DNA of 64,000 nucleotides, taken from the NCBI GenBank assembly GCA_965644295.1, contig CBFFRP010000110.1:98787-162786 (forward strand), written 5' to 3'. Positions within the stretch are counted from its first letter, which is position 1; each line of letters opens with the position of its first letter. The notes under the pieces are model-generated. The model was not told where the DNA came from and did not search any database. It was given only the letters and a program-made list of their open reading frames with translations. The position numbers and the translations under genes were made by a program. Source of the DNA: Paraphysomonas bandaiensis. Its lineage: Eukaryota > Protista > Chrysophyceae. Below are positions 12,520 through 23,430 of this stretch, in pieces.

Positions 12520-13905
12520 ACGTTCGATAATGATGAAGTCGTCATTCGAAATAAGACTACGAACAAGACACTCATTTAATAGACAGAGAAGTGTTAATGG
12601 ATTATATCCAGTTCGACTCGAAGACTTACTTCAGCTTGGAGAAGAATCCTCAGCAGCACTTGAGGAGCAGGGATTTGATGACCAGCGAATTTTATGGCAC
12701 AAAAGACTTGGCCATGTGAACTATGATAAACTGACTGAGTCCGACCGCCGAGGCCTAGTTGATGGAATAAATCTGGACAAGAAATATTTCAGAAAAAGCA
12801 CAAAAAAACGATATGCAAATGTAATACCTGCATGCGATCGAAATTCACTAGAAAGAACTTCAGGACTCCACGCCAGTTGATGAACTTAGACAACAACCCA
12901 AATGAGAGAGGGGTGCTCTTCAGTGCAGATACGATGGAAGTCCTAAACACGCCATCGATGGAAGGCTACAAACATGTGTTACTATTCAAGCACAGTGATG
13001 CAAAACATGTATGGGCTTCTTATGATGGCTTGAAAAACAAGACTGGGAGTGAAGTGTTAAAAGTGTATGAAGGACATGGTAGAGACCCAACTTGTCAAAG
13101 AAGGATTGCAACTACGACGATACCATGCAGATGGCGCAGGAGAATTAGTAGGGCAACATGTCAGGCAGTACTTACGTGAAACCACCAGCACAAGGACTGT
13201 ACAAGTTACTTGGACTCCACGTGACACACCCGAAATGAATTCGCTATCGGAACGCACTAATCGTACAGTGAAGGAGATGGCCTTGCTATCTTGCTCGATA
13301 GTGGCATGCCATCAGTATTTTGGTTCAAAGCTGTCTTGCATGCTGTATATCTGATCAACAGGTTACCTACGAAGACTACGAAAGGATACATCTCACCTGT
13401 TGAGTATATTACTGGAACCGCACCAGATGTGAGTGACTTGAAGATCTGGGGCTGCAAGGCATGGGCTATCGTGCCGAAGGAACTGCGCCGCAAAGAGTGG
13501 AAGGAAAAGGGAAAGCCTGGATACTATATGGGACAATGTCAACAACCTGTTGGACACCAAATATATATTCCAGACCTGGATGCTATTATTGTTGCAGTAA
13601 ACGCCAACTTTGATGAGTCTATTCCAGAGCGTTCACAGGAGTATTTCGACGAAATAGATAATCTACAAATTGACACCTCAGAAACAGCAGAAAGTGTAAA
13701 TGATTATCAGTACCTGGTGGGCCTCAGACATCTTGATGGACACCTGTATTATGTTACCACCAGAGTGATAGAGAGAAGAGGAGTCAATGTTGCATATAGG
13801 AAACTAGATACGGAAGGAAATACTACAGAGGAGCAAACTCCAATTCATATACTTGATGAACAAAAACTAGATCAAAGGCAACTAATTATTGGACGTAGTG
13901 AGTAA
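12520..13905 (+). pseudogene. Second, diverged copia element fragment (GAG-pre-integrase and integrase)
   Basis: LWHKRLGHVN, RYHADGAGE, TPEMNSLSERTNRT, SGMPSVFW...INRLPT, LKIWGCKAW. Frameshifted; no RT or LTR seen. Confidence 0.9.
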
Positions 13906-13949
13906 TCTGAATTCCTACTCCTCGACCTAATTCCGATGTCACCACACGC

Positions 13950-14770
13950 TTATAAGTCGAGGTAATACCAAAACCTGGTAAATAAGCGATTTCACCAGGT
14001 TTCATATCTAAGTATTGAGTTATTATTTTACTGTAAATTAATTTGTATCTGAGAGGTTAAAAATAAAGAAAAAGTCGCAACAATAGTTCAGTTGTTATTA
14101 GCAGTATTTATTGCGTTACAAGTTGGCCCTGCTGCTACTCTTGTGCTTTGTAATATTATCATAATATATTCTCATATAGCTGCATTTGCCTTTCTTGAGA
14201 TTGCAAACGCTCCAACCGAATAGCCTGATTTTGGATACATTGCATACACGCATAACTATCTATCTTCACCACTTCTTCTTACAGTAAGATTAGTAACTAT
14301 ATGCTCGGAGACGACGCGGCAACAGTGGCTGGGGGCACATTACTAGTAGGTGGAGGATCATCTGCGGGTAGTGGATTATCATTTTTTCTAATAAAAAGAA
14401 GATCACTATACGTTCTGCTAGACCGGACATCATTTCCTGACGAAGTTCAGCAACAGCGGGAGGTATCAGATCTGATTTCTGCTGGGACTCGACTGCCCCG
14501 TCACCATTTTTGTGACCAGTATTACTTTTACCCTGCTCGTGCACTTTCGTGGTACCTATTCCCCCGGGTCGTCGTTGGATATGTCTCCACGAATGTCGAC
14601 GACATTCTTCTTCCCGTTGCACTTCTCCTACACCATCACACGCACAGTGTACAATACGGCATATATATACAAACTACGACCCCGTCACAATCTTTATGAA
14701 CAGTACTACTTACCTTGCTCGTGCACTTTCGTGGTATATGGGTGTATCGTGAGATGGTATATAGAGACTT
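13950..14770 (-). other. Decayed intron-containing coding fragment linked to a dispersed repeat (probable DNA transposon remnant)
   Basis: Splice-like signals and a duplicated exon end (TACCACGAAAGTGCACGAGCA twice). 14030-14210 rev-comp matches 24176-24260. A terminal-looking motif AAGTCGA..N..AAACCTGGT at 13954 recurs at 42134 and 62073. Confidence 0.35.
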
Positions 14771-14774
14771 GATA

Positions 14775-15340
14775 AATGTACTTCCAACACACGTGATCAC
14801 ATGTTAAGTGCTAGACTTTTGTTATTTCAGTGCTGCGCAAAATTATGCGCCTTACTACACTACATAATATTACTACATTTTGTTTCAACACTTGTGACCG
14901 GATGCATACTTCTATTAATTTTGAATGAATGTGGTGATTATAACATCATCGATTATGGTTCAGAGAATGAGTACGAGGAAAGTTGTGACTAGAGCAGCGT
15001 ACTGGGTTTTGCTATCATGTGATCTCAATGACAAATACTAAATACGAAATATACGCAAGTGTTTACATTATTTGTTGTATTCTGAAGTATTGGGATTCAT
15101 CTAAATACAAGATAGATAGTATGTGTGAGTTATGATGTTCACTGAAATAATATATCATGAACTACCTACTGAATAACGATACTACCATATTGCAATATAT
15201 CTTGCAAAAAATATTGATATTGACAATATGTTTGAATGGTTGAATATTTGCAATATATTGCAATAGTATTGTTGGGTCGGTTTAATTACTCCATCAATAT
15301 ATTGGTCAGACGCTATATAACAATAGTATTGCAATATAGT
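14775..15340 (+). mobile_element. hAT family-1 right-half remnant
   Basis: Collinear with 40680-41125 (TGTACTTCCAA..., CATGTGATCT..AATGAC, CTCCATCAATA..ATTG..ACGCTAT..AACAATAGTATTGCAATATA); terminal TIR eroded. Confidence 0.65.
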
Positions 15341-15745
15341 AGAGTAGAGATGTCAGAAATATCCGAATATCAATGAATGGTAAGATAATATTATGTTGAA
15401 TATAATTTACTAGTTGACTATTGAGGGAGTTTAAAACGTTTAGTTATATCGTTTTTTACCGTCCTAATGTCAGACATTGAGAGGAGTTGGTTGTACTACA
15501 CCAGGTATCACTTCCGTATGGAGAGCATACATAATGTCATAGAGTGGTAGATGGTGAACTTTTCGTGTGATGCATATCCCAATTACTGCACGATAGTTTA
15601 TATGCGCCTTCATTATATTGTTTAACGGCGATAAGTAATTCTATTACTACGGGAGATCCAGTATATACCTTAGAGCATTAAATTTTGTTAAATTCGATAA
15701 CCATATGCAACATAGCATTCCGCGCCACCGCAGTATAGCAGTCCG

Positions 15746-18700
15746 TCACCGTTTCGGACATTTCTTCGCTTTATTCTTGCCCACCTTTTGCCACGACTGG
15801 GTAATATCCGGCGAAGGACGATTATTTTCAGGTGCAGATACCTCTATACTGCTACAAGGCTCTGAAGGTTTCACTGGTGGTTGGATAGAATGGTCACCTA
15901 CCACCACGCATGTTTGAGAGGCGGGTCTTTCACTTGTCAATGGGTTATCGTCCTGTACAGAGAGTTCGTTCCTTAGTTTTTCTTCAACTGTATGATCCCA
16001 TCCTAAATACTCCGCAAATTCTCCATTCGCTTCCCTCTCACTCAATATGTCTTCCTCTTCCTCAGCCTCGGCAATATCGTCTTCCACTTCTTGACGCTTA
16101 CTAATCTTATCATGTTGTTCAGAAGTTAATGCTTCACCTGCATTGAATCTACATACTAGAGTTTCAATGTCTCTGAGCTTCTTGCGGAATCGTTTTATTT
16201 TCTTTTGAACAGAAACAATACTTTCTCGATATAGACTGTACTCTGCTTCCAGTAACTTTCGCTTACTCTCTCTCGCTTCAAGTTGTTTTCTCTTCTCTAC
16301 AATCGCCTGGTCGAATGCTTGTGCCTCCAGTCTTTTTCTCAATGCCTCTGCTTCGGCAGCAAGCCGAGCTTCTTCGATAGCTCTCCTCTCTTCGTCTCGA
16401 CGCGCTTCCTCTTCCATTTTTGCAGCCCTCTCAGCTTCAAGCTTGGCTTTTCGCTGCCTTTTCTTCGCGCTATTTTTAATTTTCGAGGTCAACTTCTCCT
16501 GAAATTCTTGCAATTGTTCCTACACATACTCTTGTCAGGACAACTGACTACAATGCATGACAACTCACTTGTGTGACAACAAAATTGGGATCAGTATAGT
16601 TAAAATCGACGAAGTCAGGATCAGTTTTATCGAAAGAATTCGTTCTGCACGACACATCAGCGAGAGAAAATTACCAGTACATCGTGCTACCTGCTCCTCC
16701 CAGCAGCAGGGGTAGTTGTGTTGGAGGTGCTCGGTGTAAGAGTGTCCTCAATCACTGATGGCGAGATGCACTGCTCCGTGAATCCTGTACAACCAATCCT
16801 TAAATTCTATATATCGAGGATAGCAATACACCTTCGTGAAAATAGGATACATCGGTACCGTCCTTGATTCCCAAGTCAATAGGGGGAGGTAGGTTTTTTG
16901 TGACTAGAGCATTCCAATCAATTCCTTTCAACGAATACTGAGTTATAAGTCACATAATATTCCATAACATACCTCGGAAGAAATCATGCTGTTTCAACGC
17001 CGATACTCCACCTATATACATTGCTATCAACATTGCTGTTTTCCGTTAGAACTTCACGGACCGATTTCAAACATCGTTGACTTTGCAGCACCTAATCTCT
17101 TGGATGGGTCTTTATGAAGCATACCCTGAGTAAAATTTTGGTGCAAGTACGATAGCACAGCACGGTATGTAACCTTTAAAAGGGAGTGTGCTGTCGCGGT
17201 AAGGTAAGGGGGACATACAATCCTCTCAGTTAATATCATTCTGCCCAATAATAAGGACAAAGTTAATAAAACATCGTTATCATACCTATCCAAGTCATTT
17301 TGAGATTTAGCTTGAAAAGGTGGATTTCCACTTAGCATTTCAAAGCACAATGCTCCCAAAGACCACCAGTCTACAGCCTATTTATTGTTAATAATCTATG
17401 TATTCCGAGAATGACAGTACCTTTCCATACCCATTTCTCGTTAACATTTCACTGCATCATACAAAAGGTAATTAACATTCCACTCTCAATAGTATACTCT
17501 ACTTACGGAGCCCTGTACGTAAATTTGTGAGTTCAACTAACTTCCCAACATAACTAACTCTTACATATATTCTGAAGTTCCACATAGCGTTCGGAGATGC
17601 TGCTCCATTTGGATTTCTTTCGCTGACAAGATGAACTCTTATCAGTTTTAGTAACAAAACAAGTCATACGATTTACCCAATCCGAAATCAGTAAGACATA
17701 TATGTCCATCTGCACCAAGCAAAATATTTTCCGGCTTTAAGTCTATCAACATATATGTAACAAAGTTTATAGCGATTATATTACTATTGCCTCGATGAAT
17801 GATTCCCTGTACCCACACTATTAGAAGAGTTGCATAATAAGCACAATGATGCTACCATAGAATGGAGGAATTCAATTGCCAATATCATTTCTGCGAGGTA
17901 AAAGTTCGCTTCCTATAGCATATTTATTCCAAGGTGTCATTAACTAGTCGCTACATTTTTAGCACCTTCTCCATTATGAGGCCGCGTCTGCGCAAGTGGA
18001 AAAAGAGCTCTCCTCCAGCAAGAAAGTCCATAACCTATAACCAAATAAATACTGCATCGCAAATACAGATGACTGCATACCAGAAACAATTTCTTCTCGG
18101 ATTGAAATGCGAACTTCAAGGTAACTACAAAAGGATGTTCAATCTGCAAGCAGGACCATTGACAATGGGCTATGTATTTTCTTCTAAAGTTAGCATACCT
18201 TGGTGAGAATTTGTCTTTCAGAACGCATATATGCCACGTGATTCTTTTTCTTAATTAATTTCTTAGATATCACCTAATATTCAGAACTCAGGTTGCATTA
18301 TATTGACTGATAAAATATACCTTCATGGCGTAAACATTTTTGTTGAGACGATTCCTGACCATCAACACTTTTCCAAAAGCACCTGCGAACCCATATCTTA
18401 AAAACTAAATACTATATGTTACATCTATATATGTACCTTCTCCAACAAGCTTCAGCAAATCAAAATGCTGAGGTCCAACTTCAATGGAAATAACTGAGTT
18501 CTGCCCACATCAGATATGACAACATTACCCGAACAGGGTGTAGTACAAACCGATGGAACATACTCCAAAATTTCCTCTGAAGTGGTTGAAACAGCGCCAG
18601 TGCTTTCAGAACAGTGTAGTCCAGGCGTTAATTTCCTAAATCGTGAGTTAAATTCACATTTCAAGTCATACAGCATAGCATATCACTAACCGGCTTGTGC

Positions 18701-18792
18701 TCTCAGCAAAATCATCGGCCACTCGCGACAGAGGAGATCTGTCTGAAGGTTAATTGCTTGAAAACAATCGTATATCACTTACATTGAACCAT
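15746..18792 (-). CDS. S6K-like AGC protein kinase with long C-terminal coiled-coil extension (many short introns, two micro-exons)
   Basis: VGPQHFDLLKLVGEGAFGKV, YAMK, IEHPFVVTLKFAFQSEKKLFLVMDFLAGGELFFHL, IIHRDLKPEN, LTDFGLAKE, RTLCGTSEYMAPE, AVDWWSLG, AGC tail (DVSYFHEGFTEQ...FVDFNY). Spliced in frame to ORF 15746..16513 via intron 16520-16568. Start codon inferred. Confidence 0.88.
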
Positions 18793-19410
18793 CCATGATT
18801 GTGGTTTATGTTCTGCCTTTCGTCCAGTATGAGCTAAAGACAAAACTAGCAGGCACTGTAGCTGATGAGTCTTTGCTATTGGCAGGGACTTTCTGACAGC
18901 ATGAGCATATGAAGCTTACAATGCGGTAACATGAATTTGTAACAATAGCAAATAACTCTGTAAAATAGCACAACCAAAAGTCTTACACCGTCTCTGGAAG
19001 TGTGGCTAATTGCGGTGTACATGTCCAGCAGTGCATCTCAACAGCAGAATATTATTATTGTATGAAATACCGTGTATACAGAAATATGGCTGGTGTGTGG
19101 ATGTCCCATATCTGCTGGATAGTAACCGTACAGGTATAGTATACCGTATACCGCCGTATATATATATCGTTGTACCGCCTTCCGCATTGTCCAACATCAT
19201 CACACAAGTATGCATCACAACACTACGGTATACCACTCACAGTATTCTTTCATTGTAAATTTCTCCTACTTCGTATGAAGAATCGATACAGCGTGGCCTA
19301 TGTGCCGTATATGATGTTCTTGAAGGTCACGTCTTATCCCTAGGAGTCCTGCCGTGTTAATGTGGTGCTGAAATAGTCGTAACTCTCCAATACATCGCGA
19401 CATCAGACCT

Positions 19411-21440
19411 ATGAATTCGAGTGAAGCACTGACATCAAATCGTAAGTCAGCAACTACAGATTGGGCCACACTCGTTCTTCTTGTCAAAGGAAATATAGGG
19501 CCGGGATGTCTTGCAATGCCTTATATATTCTCAATGCTGGGCCCGGTGTGGTCAGTGCCGGCACTATTGGGTGTGGCATTGGTGTGTGTCTATAATATGT
19601 GGCTGCTCGCTCAATGTAAGAAGAGAGTTGATGGCGCCAAAACGTATGGTGAGCTGGGCTTGGCCGCATTTGGTCGCACTGGAGAGCTGGTTGTCGAATT
19701 ATTTTTAATTGCGATGCAGTTATCGATATGCTGCGTATATTTTAGCTTCATAGGTATAAGAATATATTGTTCCCATGGGTTGTTGTGCATAAAATCTTTG
19801 CAGGAGATAGTCTATTCCCGTTATTTGGTGTGGATAAAAAGATAGTTACCGTTGCTCTTATATTTCCTGTTTTATTGATTACTCAATTACGACACATGCG
19901 GCAATTGGCCCCACTTTCTCTGATTGCATTCGTGTGTTTGGCAGTAGCCATGCTCATGATAGTGAGTGTGTGCGTAGAAAGAATATATGAAGAAGCCCCT
20001 TCGGTGAAACATCCATACCAATCTTCTGTATTAATGCTGTTTTTTGTGTCTACTGTGTACGCATTTGAAGGTACCCTTGCACTTACCAGTATCCCTTTGT
20101 GACGGATAATGTGATTTGTAGGAATCGGGATAGTGCTTCCAATAGAAGAATCAATGCAGTCACCCAATAACTTCTCTTTTATATTATGTGTCGCGATGGT
20201 TGTTGTAAGTGTCATCTAGAGCTGCTGAAATAACTTTAATCTTATTAGTAAGGTTATTACTGTATACATTCTTTTCGCCGAAGTTGTGTTAATGGCATTT
20301 GGAGAAATTGATGATGGTGCGTATCGATGCTGCGTAGTACATATAATAATATGACTATGTTGATTATCATGAAGCGGGAATAACCGGATTCCTTGAGGGT
20401 CAAGGGTCTATTTCGCCCCTTGTCTCTGGAAGTATAAGCATATTGATAAGTTTGGCAGTGTTCTTGTCGTATCCTTTGCAGCTATACCCAGCACTCCAGG
20501 TGACGTGTATAAGATTAGTCAAGTAGTGGTTTATGATCCCATTGTTGTAGGTTATAGAAATCTATTGTGGCTACACAGGTGACAGGGCAGCTTACTCGAG
20601 TAAAACGTGCTGGGTACAGTGGCTTTGCTGTGATTGCATTGCAGACAACACCATGAGTTATACTCCTTCAGAGGATAGTAAGTACAAGAGTCCAGAGTAC
20701 AAACGGCGCCGCCCCCCGCTGGTATGTATTTTTGTAGAGTGCACTTGGGATGATCTTTCTTTTGTGTGTTGCAGCCTAGGAAGCGCATTCGATATAGTTT
20801 CGATTTCGATGGCCATGCTGCCGGAGAGGACCGACCGTTATTTAGTGTCGACGAAAGAATGTATGGAGTGGGGTCCTCTGACTATAGTGACAGTGGACTC
20901 TCTCCGAACAGTCTTACATACGATAATAAGAACAAATCCTGCACTAACAGTAGTGACGAGATTTCTATGTATCTTTCCTCGCCATCGACGGCAGGAGTTC
21001 ATGGAGGATATGCTGCTCGATCGTTCTCATCTATCTCTGAGAAGGCTAGAAGCGGGAGGCAGGGTACACATTATGTATATTCGCACCCTCCTGATGCAGA
21101 CCCTTATTTCGACGACGCTGTTGAGTTCAATCCATGGTTCTTTCCTAGATCTACTGTTCGAGTTGTTGTTGTTATATCCACAGCCGTTGTTGCGACGCTT
21201 GTTCCTGATGTCGGCTTGTTAGTATCCTTAGCTGGAGCTTCCAGCGGTACTGCTCTTGCGTTGATTCTTCCACCTACACTGGATATAGCGATATCTTACT
21301 TGCAGAAGTCTCATATTTCATCCATAAGATTGGCATTCAACATTGTTAGTATAGCTTTTGGTGTTTTTGGAGCCTTTGTAGGGACATTGCTTTCTGTTAA
21401 AGATATATACCGTAAGTATGGCCCCAACGTTTTGGGGTAG
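19411..21440 (+). CDS. Amino acid/auxin permease (Aa_trans, SLC36/Avt-like) transporter
   Basis: LVKGNIGPGCLAMPY, TYGELGLAAFG, QLSICCVYFSFIG, VYAFEGIGIVLPIE, SYPLQLYPA, LVSLAGA...LALILPP. Large Ser-rich loop at about 20570-21140. Confidence 0.9.
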
Positions 21441-21727
21441 TCAGTATGTCAGTATAGCTACTAATTAAAATATTGGTCCGAAAATTATTTTCTCTCTGAT
21501 CGGACATTATATATGTCGTCATTTTGTACTTTGCGTTGGATCTCTGTTCTACTGTATATAAAGAATCAGGCGTATGTCTCTGTCATTATCTATTATGCAC
21601 ATCACCAATTGATATATATTACTATCTTTGACAGTCACAGTCTTACATAGCCCGTTTATCTAATATATGACGCGACTACGGGTGTTTGAAAATTTTTCCA
21701 TCTGTACAGGTGATAGATGGTTGGAAA

Positions 21728-22420
21728 CAGGGCTACCTAACAAGAATTAAAATTGTCAATTATAGATGCCCCATTCCGAGGGCGTGACCATAGTGTAGAC
21801 TGGCTGTACCCCACTTAAAACACCAAGATATAGCACTGGTTCTACTACCCACCCACACGTGTACCAACGTAGCTGACCACATAGATCACGTGCAGATTCT
21901 GTTGTCCCCCCACATGTGTTAACCTTTGCTGAGACTACGCAGGATTTCTCATAACTATGCATGACTTTTATATATGTAATTCGCGCATTATTATCTAACA
22001 AAGATTACGCGGGGATTCTCGTGACCATGCATGACTTAGTATAGGTCTAGTGTGACATTTCTGGTAATCTCATAATAAAGGCTATGCAAGTATAATGTAG
22101 ATCTAGCTAGAGTTTTCTTGGTGCCGACACACAAAGAATACGCTGAGATTTGTAAATAATCTATACGTTATTAGTCAACACTAGCACTTCACTAGGGTAC
22201 GCTCTCGGAATGGGGCAGTAAATATATATGAAGAATCGTCGCCTCTGGAATGAAATGACAGTTGAGGTAGCTATATTGGCAGCTAGTGTATTTTAGTACT
22301 ATAAATTATTGCAATTAATTGAAATAATTGAAATTGAGACAGTAAATAAATATATTGCAATAATAATTATTGACTACAACCAGCGTCGACTAATTGACAA
22401 TTAGTTGTAACGAAGCCCTG
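21728..22420 (+). mobile_element. Old hAT family-2 non-autonomous element
   Basis: Imperfect TIRs CAGGGCTACCTAACAA / TTGTAACGAAGCCCTG; TSD not preserved. Confidence 0.55.
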
Positions 22421-22574
22421 TATAAAAATAGCACTATAGTTATAATATTTTTAACCATGGTTAATAAAAGGAAGCTATATATCGTCTCGCGCTCAAAATT
22501 TGAAACGAGGGCAAAATTATGAACGCAGGACAATACTTCTCTTCCCTATAGGTTAATTATTGTATATTGAAGGT

Positions 22575-22757
22575 CTTTTTACTTTGCAATAGGCGTTAAA
22601 AACTCGTTCCGATATAGTGGATAGTTGAATGCTAGATCTATACTAGCTAGACCTCTACCCATAACTAATCAGCACAAATTCTATTATCCTACTATTTAGC
22701 GCTACAGAAGCTGCTTGTGCGTCGCCGCAAGCACCAAGGTGTAACCACTTCCGTTCT
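22575..22757 (+). repeat. Dispersed repeat R1 copy (hairpin-rich, unclassified)
   Basis: TTGCAATAGGCG...GCTGCTTGTGCGTCGCCGCAAGCACCAAGGTGTAACCACTT; about 8 copies in the window. Confidence 0.75.
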
Positions 22758-23149
22758 TAATGTTGTGTGTGAGTTTCGCCCTGCTCGTGTGTCTTAGGAC
22801 TCACTGGCGCGAGTTGTCCGGGGGTCTCCCCTTGGGATAAGGTTCCGCCAGGCTCTGAGGTACAGGGTTCTGTATTAAGGTCCTGAGTGTACCGAGCACT
22901 AGATGTGTGTGCTGAGAGGTTGACGGTGTGGTGGAATGTGGCGGTGTCGCCATGCACCGTCTGGGCGTTAGGCATAGGTGGAGTTGCCGGAGACGTCGTC
23001 GCCGTTGTCTAGGGCCTGCTGATGGTTTCATACGGTCCGGTGCTATGGTCCTTTGCGTATGGTTGGTGGGGTTCATATGTGCGCAGGACAATACTTCTCT
23101 TCCCTATAGGTTAATTATTGTAGCTTTTACGCATGCATGGTGTTGTAGC

Positions 23150-23430
23150 TTGCTTGCTGTAAGAAGAAATAGGTGCTCCCTGATTAACATTATTAAGAAA
23201 TAAATCATATTGTTTCAATTCGATGATATGTATGCCGTATATGCTTAATTAGGGAATAGTAATTGCACTAGATTAAATCTAAACTATATACCCCCAAATT
23301 ACTAGAAAATAGCTATAACAAATAAATGTACTCCTACCAAAGAACTATACTGAGAAGGAATAGCAACGGAGAGATGTTAAAATTTGTACTTCGTGATGAT
23401 GAATGTGAACAGTTGTAGTCGCACGAGGCT
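23150..23430 (+). repeat. Dispersed repeat homologous to 41570-41870
   Basis: Shared blocks GAAGAAATAGG, ATTGTTTCAA, GAATAG.AATTG.ACTAGATTAA, GTACTCCTACCA, GATGATGAATGTGAA.A.TTGTAGT.GCACGA. Confidence 0.65.
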
